Source: Azolla caroliniana | Taxonomy: Eukaryota > Plantae > Polypodiophyta | Direction of reading: 5' to 3' | Length of the DNA stretch: 64,000 nt | NCBI GenBank assembly: GCA_043228905.1 | Contig: JBHGNT010000009.1 | Span: 12,400,001-12,464,000, forward strand | Part shown: positions 26,108-38,600 of the stretch, in pieces | Numbering within the stretch: the stretch's first letter is position 1 | How the letters are laid out: each line of letters opens with the position of its first letter | Program-made: the position numbers and the translations under genes | The notes under the pieces: model-generated | What the model was told of the DNA's origin: nothing | What the model saw: the letters and a program-made list of their open reading frames with translations, nothing else | Database searches by the model: none

Positions 26108-28632
26108 TCTGCCAAGGCCTATAGAACAAAACAGATTGCGGATCCCTTCTTCCGTGAAGTTGCCAAGTTCTTGCTAGAAGTCGGCTGCGTACATGTCAAC
26201 GCATATGGGATGCCTAAACAGAAGGCGGGCATCATTATCGATACCTTTGAAGGGCGTGCCGTCGATTGGGGGGTCATCACAAGGCCAACGTTAAGGGAAG
26301 GCTTGCATGCGTACCAAGCAGGCAAAAAGCTCAGGCTGATCATCCAACGATACCTTACGGTACTATTTCCACCTCGAGGCCTGCCAACACCGCAGCCCAG
26401 CCAACCCACGACCCCGCCCCAATCCGCGAAACGTAGGTTAGCGGAGTTATCGACCCAGAGTGGGAAGAGGAACCCCAACCGGCTCAGCTAGACCCAAGGA
26501 CAACACCTCCTACCGACCAGCCGGACACACGGACAACGCAGGAGGAACAACCGAGATGCTCCATGGAAGCAGCCCCAGAACCAGACACCGAAACACGGCG
26601 GGAAAGCCCCAGACCAAAACGGCGCAGATTGGACAGGAAAGATGGGCGGGGGTTGGTAAAAAACGCCCCCATGGCAACGGAGACACCGACCGAAGGCGAA
26701 GGCTCCGTAACAGCGGAACCAAATACCACCTTCGAAATCATCCGGGAGCCACAACCGATTATTACGACTCAGTCCCGACGAGGGAAAGCCGTATTGATGG
26801 TGGAAAGCGAGGTTTTGGCATATCCGGATATCCCGGATATGACCCACGAGTTCAACGCCCTCTTGCAGTTCGGTACTTCTTTTGAGCTCATGGAGTTCTT
26901 GGCAACACAACAAGTCAAAGCCGCCCAACGAATGGTCGAGGAGCATGCGGAACGCCAGATGATCGAGCTCGCCCTAACACAAACAACGGAGAGCGACGAT
27001 GAGGACCGGCTAGCCAAGGTCGACAGACAGAGGAACGCCGGGGTACGGCGAGTGGGGATGGAGATACCGCCCTTAAACATGGACCTAGTCGAAGTCCATC
27101 GGGAACTGGCAAAGGTCAGCACGGGCGCCAAGGAGATGGCCATAAAAAATAAGAATGTCTGGAAGAAGGTTAAACTGACTGAAGCCGAATTGCAAAAAGC
27201 CAACGCACGCATCGCGGAGTTGGAAGCTCACGCGACTACGGCGCAACACGCAACCCCGCCACCGAACCACATCATCGACGCTCTAAACGAAGAAATCGAG
27301 GCTCAGACCACCATCGCCTCAAAAGCAAAAAGGGTCGTGCAGCTAGCGGAATCCGAAATTGACTGTCTTCGAGTAGAACTACGCCAATCCTCAGATAGAG
27401 AAAAGGAGATACGGGCTAATGGATGGAAGGCAGTAAAAACTCTTGAAGAGAAACTAGCTACGGAGGTAGCTCAGCACATCCGGACAAAGGACGACAATGC
27501 ACAATTACGAGAGGACGCGAAGAAATCGGAGGCGGCAATAGCAGGACTTCGGGCCTTATTAGAAAAAAAGAAGGTATGGTTTGATGAGCAGTTGGTGGTC
27601 GAACAAGACAGAAGGCATCAGCTCGAAATCCGCCTAAACAATGAGATGGGGAAATTAGAAGAACAGCATGCAAAGGAATCCCAGCTGTGGGCGGGCCTGA
27701 AGGCCACGTATGAGGAAGCGGCAGCCGTTAAACAACAGGAAATCGCCAATCTCCAGAAGTCAATGGAAGACGCAGTCAACCATTGCCAGGCCATCACAGA
27801 TAACGTGCGGATCCTTCTCCAAACAAATCAGAAGAGGTTCACAACGCAATTGAAACCGGCGTTGAACAAAGGATGGATGGCGTGGGCAACCCAAGCAGTG
27901 GAATTGCACGTGTATCGTGCGGACTGGGAGAACCGGCGAAAAGACGGTCGAGGTTTCTATAAACTAAATGAGGAGAGCATTACGACCGTACGAGAGGACC
28001 TAGTGCAAGACTATCGTGCGCTAGCAGACCAACACTCCAAAGAACTCGCACAACTCTTAGATGATTTTGGTGAAAGTCAGGAGGAGCTATTTCACCAGAT
28101 CACACAAGCCGGCAACACGCGCACAAATGAGGAATATAGTGCGATGCCAATACCGGCCACAGCCGAAGAAGAAGAACCTCAGGCCCGATCACCAGAGATG
28201 ACAACGATGGAGAATAGCGGGGACTGACGAGTGGAGTTCCCCACAGGACCAGACAGCGAAACCACTACCCAACAAGAGGTCCAGTCGCACGAGCCCACAC
28301 TATCATTAGACCACGCGGAGAACGGTGCGGACCAGGCGGAATCTCCGCCCCACTCCCAGGAACACACAAAAACGGCCAACACCATGGAGGACGTAACAAT
28401 GGAGGCCGAGCCGCAGCCGACTACAAGCACGACAACGACGGAGCCCAACCCACTAGCTCAAGAAGAGCCCACCGTACCTGGACCACCCACACACGGCGAC
28501 GACGACTCCGGGAGAAACCAGCCCGACCAAACAGAGGAGCCACACCACGATGCACCTACGGGCCCTACATCATCTCCAGATGAGGACACCACAGCAGAGC
28601 GGAACATCCGGGCCATTTTGGAAGAAGATTAA
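26108..28632 (+). pseudogene. Remainder of E's extra ORF (globular part, long coiled coil, acidic P/T-rich tail)
   Basis: ORFs 26171-26491, 26563-28227 and 28231-28632 are linked by one 1-bp frameshift near 26458 and one in-frame TGA. Confidence 0.75.
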
Positions 28633-28641
28633 CGGGATGGG

Positions 28642-29035
28642 TGCGACGTGCAAAGGCACTGTCCCACAGGCGTGCCAAGTGTTGTCCGCCAGAATAGTAA
28701 CCGACAGACAAAAGCATAGGAATAAGAAATTATATAAGAGCATAACGCATGTAACGGTTCACGCAGGGAGCGTGAACGACTAATTAGACCCTGCATATAT
28801 AAAGGGCAGAAAACCTCTGATGGAGGTGCGTGTAATTTTGGGAATGTAAAGAAACACCTGATAATAGAATTCTATCTTCTCTGATCTTCTGTGTATAGCT
28901 ACGGCTAATTCAGTGTTGGTGTCTTGAATACTTAAGTGTTGAAGTACGTAAGTGTAACCCTTGATAGGGATTCGGTTGTAGCCGTCTTCCCTTATACGCT
29001 GATAGGGTACAGGGGTTCTTCCCTTATGCATTACA
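28642..29035 (+). repeat. Probable 3' LTR of E
   Basis: Follows a purine tract, starts TG, contains TATATAAA, ends TTACA; no partner LTR in the window, and the start could be 28750. Confidence 0.55.
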
Positions 29036-29099
29036 CTTAAACCCTTGTTCGTTGTTCCACACCCACTTTGAGGTCTAGGTTGAAGGACTGACTGCGGAC

Positions 29100-29650
29100 T
29101 GTGTTCCTAAACAGCAACAGTGAGCGTTGCCCATTTGCAATAATCGAACATTGACGGTCGTGAGCAACCACATTAGATATGGCCATATATGATGTCCAAC
29201 ATTTATCAATGACTATTGCATTTGGCCTCACCCTAGGGATCCTTGTGAAAATGACTTTCAAGCAAGTTTATAATGTTATTTGCTCTTGATTTGAGCCCTT
29301 GTAAGAACTATAAATCATGTACCGTAGTCGGATCCCAATTCTCATGACATTTGGAGCAATAACTGCAAATAATAGCAACCTTCATTTATTTGTTTTAAAT
29401 GTGGAGTTGATTGCCCAAGAGTTGTTTTGCAACAATCAATCACACATTTCCAACATCCATTTATCTTGAAGTGTTGTATCAAGATAAATGGTTGATGGGC
29501 TAGAGATCCATTTGAACAAGGCAAGTATAGTTGGACATGAGCCATTTTCCTGAGATCTCGATGTGGATAGGCATCTTCTTGACCCAAGACCCTTATAACA
29601 ACGTGTTTAAATGTATTAGCCATATTATGAATCTCCTTTCATATCATAAA
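29100..29650 (-). pseudogene. Possible degenerate DNA-transposon (Mutator-like) transposase fragment
   Basis: Peptide RPNAIVIDKCWTSYMAISNV resembles the second catalytic Asp region of MULE transposases; heavily interrupted. Confidence 0.3.
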
Positions 29651-30743
29651 GAATCTAAATGAAACAAGTTCTAATGGACTAGCGTTAGACTGTGATATGC
29701 TTCTTTTCGCATGCTCATCGTGCAGCATGCCTTGCACACCCAACATCAAATAGGTTATTTTTGTAACAAATTATTACATTTGGGTGGCCAACAAATGGTA
29801 CAAATGGGGTCTACTTCTTGGAACATGACCATTATGACATCATATATATTAAAATGGTCATGGTCGCATGCTTATCCCCATGTTCTCAAAGTTACGCATG
29901 TGTGTAGGAAATTTGAGCGGGACCACCGACAACTTGAACCTGTGAGGATGGGTTGAGTCATGTTTCCAAGTGCAATGAATCGAAGGCTCCCAAGAGTTGA
30001 AGGCCCTTTAAAGTTGTAGGCTCTTTAGACTCGAAGACTTGCTAGAGTCGAAGGCTCTTGAAACTTGAAAGCTCGTTAGAGTTGAAATATCCTCAAAGTC
30101 AAAGGGAGTGGTGAGTCAAAATCTTTTCAGAGTCGAACAACAATTAACACGTGAGGTAAGGACACTGATTAACATGTGAGGTTAAGAACCGTAACGAATT
30201 ACGTATGCGAAAGCTTGAACACAAAAGACACAATTGGCTAGGCCAAACAACAACACACAGTTAGGTAAACACAAAAGATAGAGTACATAGTATGTGTGAG
30301 AGAGACAGAGAGAGTAGACAACAGAAACTCAATTCAAAATAATAATACTTTGTACAAGATGATTGCTCACAAATTATCTTTAATACAAGTCCTCTTGACA
30401 AGGGACTAGCAAAAGTACTAACTAGTAGTTCAATGCTCATAAACGAGCTACTGACACTAACTGCCTAAAATATTCCTATTTTAAAAATAGGAGTATAGGC
30501 CTAAAATGGCATGTCAGCTTTTAGTCAAATTGGCATTTGGCTTCTCCAACTGATTCTCTCGACCGACTTGGTTGTCGGCTTCTTCAACTGATCCAACCTA
30601 CTGGCCTATAACCGATTCGGCTCATGTTGAGGTTGTCTCTCAAGACTCCCCCTTAAGCTCAACTTGAGGTTCCTCCTTCTCTACCGGTTATTCGCCTCAA
30701 CTCCTTCTACCAGATTTTCTCCCGGTCCGCGCTCCATGACCCA

Positions 30744-31838
30744 TTTAGTCCCGCGCTCCTCGACCTGCTCGACCGACTTGTCTACTCCCAAGGCCCTCAA
30801 TAACCTTTTCCTTGCCTCTACGGAATTTGCACCCCTCGACCCGTCGACTCCTCCGTATTAGTGTCAGCTTTAGATGCCTCCTCATATGTTTGGCCTTCAT
30901 ATGATTCGGCTCATCCGAATCATTCTTCTATTGGATTTGGCTATCTCCGATTCGTTCCCGCTCTTGTCCGAATTGGCTGTCTCCGGTTCGTCTTCAAATC
31001 GAGCTTTGGCTATCTCAGCCCAAATCCCTGCTTTCTTCTCACGGGTTTTCCCTCCGTGTTTGGCTGGCTCCAGCTTGCTCATCACCCCCCCCCCCCCCCA
31101 AAACCCTAAACCCCCCCGTTTAGTCCCGCGCTCCTCGACCTGCTCGGCTGACTTGTCTACTCCCAAGGCCCTCAATAACCTTTTCATTGCCTCTACGGAA
31201 TTTGCGCCCCTCGACCCGTCGACTCCTCCGTATCAGTGTTAGCTTTAGATGGCTCCTCATATGTTTGGACTTCATATGATTCGGCTCATCCGAATCATTC
31301 CTCTATCGGATTTGGCTATCTCCGATTCGTTCCCGCTCTTGTCCGAATTGGCTGTCTCCGGTTCGTCTTCAAATCGAGCTTTGGCTATCTCAACCCAAAT
31401 CCCTGCTTTCTTCTCACGGGGTTTCCCTCCGTGTTTGGCTGGCTCCGGCCTGCTCGTCCACCCCCCCCCCAAAACCCTAAACCCCCCCGTTTAGTCCCGC
31501 GCTCCTCGACCTGCTCGGCTGACTTGTCTACTCCCAAGGCCCTCAATAACCTTTTCATTGCCTCTACGGAATTTGCACCCCTTGACCCGTCGACTCCTCC
31601 GTATCAGTGTCAGCTTTAGATGCCTCTTCATATGTTTGGCCTTCATATGATTCGGCTCATCCGAATCATTCCTCTATCGGATTTGGCTATCTCCGATTCG
31701 TTCCCGCTCTTGTCCGAATTGGCTGTCTCCGGCTCGTCTTCAAATCGAGCTTTGGCTATCTCAGCCCAAATCCCTGCTTTCTTCTCACGGGTTTTCCCTC
31801 CGTGTTTGGCTGGCTCCGGCTTGCTTGTCCCCCCCCCT
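30744..31838. repeat. Tandem repeat, about 373-bp unit x3, with poly-C and AAACCCTAAA
   Basis: TTTAGTCCCGCGCTCCTCGACC at 30744, 31119 and 31490. Confidence 0.95.
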
Positions 31839-31898
31839 TGCAATTGGTTGGTCTTCCCTTAGCCGATTTCCTTCCAATCCTTCTCTTGTCCAATTCGG

Positions 31899-32615
31899 TG
31901 TTGAGGAAAATCCTCGTGTGTTCGTGAAATGAAGCGGGACTGCCGGGGTCCTGAACTGGAAAGGATGTTCACCAAGCTAACAAAAAGACAAGGATGTGAG
32001 GAACATAACATGCGAGGAAAACAAGGAACCACTTGAGAAGATCGAAAATTGGTATAGTTGAGAAGAGGAAGGATAAGAAGAAGATGTTTACGAAGAAAAA
32101 TATTATAATTATTATTATGGCGTTGAACCTTTGACTTCAACTTTAAGAGACAAGATATTTTTTCAATGAGCTTAGAACTCCTCTTTTCATTGCCCTTTTT
32201 TATTTTTTCTTTCTTTCTTATATAGGTGGTCCCATGCATATGATGCATGTGAGGGTACAAGATATGCATACAATGCATGGATTGCTTGAATTGCATGATT
32301 GCTATTTGGTGCTCATGCATTACATGTGATGCATGATAACTATCTCGCTCAATCGAGCTCTCATGTATGAAAATTTACATGGGATAAGTACAATCATGAA
32401 AATATAATTAAAAAAAAAAAACTTAGCCTAGTGGTATGTACTTTTTACTTGGTATATAAGGTTGTAGGTTCAAGTCTCCCAAATGTCACTTAGTACATAT
32501 AATACTTGAGTATATATATTTTTATATTGTGAAAAAACTCCTTCATGACACCCACGCCAACGTGAAATCAGAGTTCTTCGTCATTTTCCCCTAGTGTACC
32601 TTGTTTAACACGACA
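31899..32615 (-). mobile_element. Solo LTR of the TGTCG clan
   Basis: TGTTGAG...ACGACA with exact 4-bp TSD TCGG (31895-31898 and 32616-32619). Confidence 0.88.
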
Positions 32616-32967
32616 TCGGCTTCCTCAATTGATTTGGCTCTCTCATCAAGTCTCCCTTCAACTTAAAGTCCTCTGACTTTGATTCTCTCATCAAGTCTCC
32701 CCTTGACTCTCCCCCCTCAAGTTCGACAAATCGAGGTGTTGTAGACCACACATGCCCGAGAATTGCCGCAACTTGTCAAGACTAAGAGGTTTGGTAAAGA
32801 TGTCGGCTAGTTGCCGATCCATCGGAACATACACTAGTTTCACTTAACCAGAAAGAATGTGCTTGCGCACGAAGTGGTAATGCACTTCAATGCGCTAGCC
32901 TTTTTAGCCAAATGGCTTCGCACATTGTGACAACCACTCCTCTGTACTTGGCCTTGGTGCTCGATAA

Positions 32968-34590
32968 TGTTGGGAATTCGGTCCCTCCGGATGGGATCCG
33001 GATGAGAACTGGAGGAGCTGGATGAAGGAACCGGATCTGGAAGGGTTCCAAATGAGACCTGGAAACCGGATCGAGTGAATCCAGATGGATCCGGTGCAAA
33101 CCAGATCCAAGGACATATGTGTAAATATGTTTCATGCTGAGCCTATTGAGGCTATATTTGTAAATAGCCCAAAAGTCATATAAGTATAAATATGACTTAG
33201 GGAAATCACTTTTGTATAGTGTGTAATAGTTAGCGTTGTTGTGGTTAGTTGTATCACAGTAGTACAGAGAGAGAGAAAAGTGAAGCCGCCAGTTGACGAA
33301 GATATAGAGCTCGAGGTCGTTGCCACTAAGTCTCTTGTTGTACCTCCTTTCTTGTATAGTGACAGTTGGAGTCTGTGGGCTCCCGTGGTTTTTCCCTATT
33401 AGGGCTTTCCACGTAAACATCCTGTGTCGTCTCTTATGTGTAAGTGTACGAACCTCCATTTCTGTTTTGTTCTTTCATAAAGTGTTTGAGTCTCGGTTGT
33501 GGCTGAGCGCTATTCTGCGCAAACTGGTATAAGAGCAAACAAGAAAATGAAAGAGTCATTTGGAAACATGTTCATGCTCACCGGCTCCAACTACCCAGTG
33601 TGGAAGTCAAAGATGAGGGACATGCTCATGGTCAAAGATCTCTTGTTGCCGGTATAGTTCAGGGACAGAAACCAGACAAGATCGATGCCATGACATGGGA
33701 GGTGATGCACATGAAGACGACAACATACATATAGTGCTTCATCGACATGAGCCTATACAACAACTTCAATGAAGAAAGTAATCATGTGCTTTGGGAGAAA
33801 ATCGGCACCATGCTGGAGAGCAAAAACGCCGTAAATCGGGTTTCGGTATTCCGGTACCAGGACGGATCCAAGATGGCGGAGGACATGAACGCATTCCAGG
33901 GGCTTATAAACCAAACAACTTCGCTTGGAGTACCTCTAGCCGATGAGGTACTTGCGTCGCTATTGCTTGGTTCCCTCCCAGATAGTTGGGATACGCTACT
34001 TGTCACTTTGGGCAACGCCGGGCCGGAAGGAAAGCAACTATCCCTAGCAAGAATGAAGTCGAGCTTGCTAGATAAAGAGGCGCGTCGGAAAGACAAGGAA
34101 GTGATCGCCGACCCAAAAGCCCTGATTTCCGAATCCGACACTCAACGAGGGAGAAACCGGAACCGGAGTTCCCAGAACCGGGAAAACTCGGGGACAAGGT
34201 CGAAGTCAAGGGGGAGGCCTACTTGCTTCTATTGTGGGAAACCAGGACACTTCCAGAAGAATTGTCGGCACTTCCGGAAAGAGAAAGGGACCGACAACAC
34301 CGATTCGAAGAAGAGTTTGGATTGAAATGGTTTGAACCGGAGAGGTCCAGATTGGAAAGGAACATCGGCGATCGAGACAAGTGCAGAAGAACTATTGCTC
34401 ATCACCGAGGAGAATGAGTTAAACCTTGTCGGCGACGAGACAACATGGGTTGTCGATTCCGGAGCATCATTCCACCTGACACTGGATTGGGAATGCTTCT
34501 CATCTTACACTACCGAAGATCACGGTTGTGTTCGGATGGGGAATGAAGGTACTTGCCGAATCGTCATCATAGGAGATGTGTGGTTGACGA
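32968..34590 (+). mobile_element. gag: Copia F, 5' part (LTR 32968-33521, PBS 33525-33536, degenerate gag-PR)
   Basis: TGTTGGG..GCGCA, TGGTATAAGAGC, CFYCGKPGHFQKNC, WVVDSGAS; cut by the D3 LTR. Confidence 0.9.
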
Positions 34591-35604
34591 TGTCGTGAAA
34601 ATCCACCACTCTGTGCGGATCGTGAGGCGGAACCGCTGGGGTTATGGATTGGAAGGAATTAGGGTTCATACGCATAACTCAAACAAGATTTACACAAAAG
34701 ACACATAGGTGAAACAAAACATTAGTTTATTGCAAAACAATAGATTCTTTTATAATATAAGAATCATGTTACAACGGGTTGGATGTGAATATGAAGGATT
34801 GTTTATAAAGGAATGGGGGAAGAGAGGTGGAGAAAAGAAGAGAGTGGAATATAGGAGTTTCTTTGTTGATGATGCCTCTTGATGTTGTTGATCCTTCTTC
34901 TTCCGCTTTCCAATTGAGTAGAGCTTCCATGTTCCTTCTCCCTCCTCCCCCTTCTTCACTAGAATAGGCTCTTATTTATAGGTGATTGCTTGCCTTTTTC
35001 CCCTAAAAAAATGCTTGTCTATATGAGTCTCCTTTTCTTTTTCTCACTATTTCTATTTTCTAGCCCCAAATTTCACATGCAAGATATTCTTGGAAAGCTC
35101 TTTGGGTTAGCTTTCTTATGCATCTTTTCTTTTCTAATTTGGACATCAGAGGAGGAAATTATGAGCTTTTTTCTCCATTGTGCTCCTCATATCCACGCGT
35201 GCTTTTTTTTTCTCTCTCCCCATCTTTGATTTATAAGGAATTATCTTTGGCAAATGAAAAAGTATTTTTGCTACCAATAAAGTTGACTTCACAATACTAG
35301 TTTATTTGAACTACTATTTTACTTCTTTTTGAGGGGGGTTTCACACTGTGTTAGAAACATCTCGATATCCAACCCCACCAAACCTGCACATCCTCTGGTA
35401 TGTGGCAATGATTGTTAGCTGCTATTGCTTATTCTTTTTAACCCTCGAAGTCTAGAGGTTCGATTTCAGGATTTGTGCTCTCTCTTTTCTTAAAGATCTT
35501 GATTCTCTTCCCTGCAATCGGCAAAGCAAGTTGAGTTCCATCTAACTCCGCTAGAAAATAGGTTGCATTGTTTTCAATTTCCTTAACCACGTATGGGCAA
35601 AACT

Positions 35605-38600
35605 TGTAACGGAATGAGAGGCAAGAGTGATTGCAATACAACGGAAGATGATTGAGTGTGTGTGAGGCAACAGAGGGAGAGAGAGAGAGAGCACTTAAAG
35701 CAAAGATAGAAAAATTGTGTATTAACCAAAAATACATCAACATAAAACATCCAAGAGTAACTAAGTTACAATGTGTTGGTTTATATACCAACTAAGCTAG
35801 GGCAAGTGCCCTTTCTATTATTTACAAAACTAGCCCAAGATGTCCATGAGCTAGTGTGGAACCTATCTATGGGAAGTTGAGCTCGACTCTCAACACGCCC
35901 CTTCGAACACAACTTCTATCTGTCGAGAAGGTTGTTCGGTTCGTACTTCGACTTGTCTAGTCGGGTGTGTTGCATACTCGCGTAGTCGATCAATTGCGTA
36001 TGTGTTGCGTATTGCTTCCATGTCATCTGTACTTATACCCCCCTGAAGTTCGACAATGTAGATGTTGTGAGACCAAGGTCCGATGCAAATTGCCCGAGCT
36101 TGTCGACTCCTAAAGCCTTCGTAAATATATCAGCAACTTGGAGGTGCGTACTTGTATGTTGTAGATCGATCTCGCCGGCTTGTACGCGCTCGCGGATGAA
36201 GTGGTAATGCACTTCGATATGTTTAGTCCGCGCGTGAAATATAGGGTTCCGTGCCAAGTAGGTATTGCTCATATTGACACAGTAGAGACAAATTGGATCC
36301 TTGATGGGAACGCCCAGATCCTTTAGTATGCGTTTAAGCCATACAGCTTCGCATGCGGCAACTGTTGCGCCCCTATATTCGGCTTCCGTGCTTGATAGTG
36401 CGACTGTCGGTTGTTTCTTGCTGCTCCAAGAGATTGCTCCGCTTTCGAGGGAGAAGAAAAATTTGGAGGTGGATCGTCTATCTGCTTTATAGCTTGCCCA
36501 GTCCACGTCGGTGTTCGACTTATACATGATGTCGTAAGCCATTGTTGTACTAACATACCATAGTATCCTCTTGGCATAATCAAGATGAAGGTTTCGTGGA
36601 TTCTGCATGAATTGGCTTAGTAGGCCGACTGAATAACTGAGGTCGGGTTGCGTAATGGTTAGATAGATCAAACTACCGATCAATTGTCGATACTGATTCG
36701 GCTCGCTCTCAGTGGTTCCGGAATTGGCATCAATCTTTAGGTTACGATCGAGAGGGGTAGACACAGGCTTGCACTCGGTCATTCCAAACTTGTAGAGTAA
36801 GTTAAGGACGTAGTGCCATTGTGAGATCATTATCCCAACTGGTGTCCGAATTACTTCAATGCCTAGGAAGTAATGGAGTTCGTGCAGGTCTTTCATTTCG
36901 AATCTGCCGGAGAGAAGTGTTTTGACTTTGTTGATCTCAACGAGATCCTTTCCTCCGATGACCAAGTCATCCACATATAGGACGATGATGATCATGCTAT
37001 TCGACTCATTTTGGATGTACAAAGAAGTATCGGATTTTGACATCCGAAATCCGACTTGATGAAGATATTTCTTGATCTTCGAATGCCAAGGACGCGGTGC
37101 TTGTTTGAGCCTGTAGAGTGGCTTCTTGAGTTGGCATACGACGTGTGGATGTTTACGCGATTTGAATCCGGGTGGTTGAATCATGTACACCTCTTCTTCT
37201 AACTCTCCTTGGAGGAAAGCATTTTTCACATCCATCTGGTGGAGGTGCCATCCCTTCACTGCGGCGAGTGCAATTATTGTCCGTACAGTTGTCATCTTTG
37301 CCACCGGGGCAAAGGTTTCTTCGTAGTCTATGTTGTGCGTTTAGCCTTTCGCAACAAGACGTGCTTTGAAGCGATTTATGGATCCGTCGGCATTGTATTT
37401 TACTTTGTATATCCATCTGCAGCCAATCGCTTTCTTGTTCAGGGGGAGAGGAACGAGATCCCATGTCTCGTTTTTGCATAAAGCTTCCATCTCCTCATTC
37501 ATCCCGTCGACCCATCACGGATCCTTTGCGGCTTCAAAAAGCGTCTCCGGTTCCCGAACTGACACTACTTTCATCATAAAAGCGTAGTGATACACCATGT
37601 ACTCGTCATAGCCGTAGCGGTTTACGGGGTTCTTTTCACATGTGGATCGGCGTAGCTCTCGATCCGTGGGGAGTATGGCTTTCTTCGCTCCATCTATGTG
37701 GATGTCGAGATCTTCAAATTCATTGTCAAGAGAATGAAGCATCTTGGTCTCTTCATGATCTTCATATTCCCGCATTTTCGCCTTCCCTTTGTCCAGCTTC
37801 AGACTTGGTCGAGATGTGCTTTCATCGCTCGGCGGCTCTAATGGCCCACTTAACTGTGTCATAATTGGGTTGTCTTCTAACATCTGTGTGAGACGATCCT
37901 CAGCTTCTATTTCTATTTTAGTGTCGTCCGCGTCGAGCCGGGTTGGAGTCGAAGTGTTCTCTAGTGCGTACCAGGATGCGTATTCATCGAAGACTACGTC
38001 TCGACTTGTTCGAACCTTATAGGTAGATGGGTTAGCATTTGTACCCCTTCTGTTCGAGTGAGTATCCTATGAGGATACATTTCTCTGACTTTGGGTCAAG
38101 CTTTTGGCACGTATCGTCGGGAATATGTACGCAGGCGATAGAACCGAAAATGCAGACATGTGACAATTCCGGCTTCTTTCCGAAGAACTGCTCATGCGGA
38201 GTTATATCGTGTACTCCCGTGATTGTGCACTTGATCATGAGATATACGGCCGTATTTTCCGCTTCTACCCAATATGATTTTGGTAGGTTCTTCTCGTTCA
38301 TCATGGCTCGTGCGACTTCTATTACATGGCAATTTTTACGCTCTGCTACACCGTTTTGCTGAGGCGTGTGTAGACACAAGAACTCTCGTTGGATTCCTTC
38401 TTTTCGGAGATACACCGTAAATTCATCCGAAAAATATTCTTTGCCTCCATCTCATCGAAGACAACGTACATGCCAACCCGTAGTTTTTTCGACTTTGGCT
38501 TTGAATGTCTAGAAGTGCCAGAACACTTCACTCTTCAGCTTCAACAGATAGATCCAGGTGTTCCTGGAGAAGTCGTCGATGAACATGACATAGTATCAGC

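Larger units (their letters stand above)
14010..29035 (+). mobile_element. Non-chromovirus Gypsy E (Athila/Tat-like), 5'-truncated, with an extra 3' ORF; contains G
   Basis: gag knuckle, pol, A-rich spacer, extra ORF, purine tract GGGATGGG 28634-28641, probable LTR ending ..TTACA at 29035; no 5' LTR seen. Confidence 0.82.
30190..32967 (-). mobile_element. 3' end of Copia J (degenerate LTR about 30190-30645, PPT, long repeat-filled 3' UTR, RNase H end)
   Basis: Minus-strand PPT AAGGGGGAG 30646-30654; IEVHYHFVR..QLADIFTKPL..SNLRG at 32710-32900 resembles the end of K. Confidence 0.75.

Noticed and set aside
26563-28227. 554-aa coiled-coil ORF as a host SMC/myosin-like gene or as env
   Set aside because: It lies between integrase and PPT, continues an ORF split by G, and shows no ATPase motif or transmembrane segment.
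31100-31490. Interstitial telomere
   Set aside because: Single AAACCCTAAA motifs only, with no tandem array of the telomere repeat.
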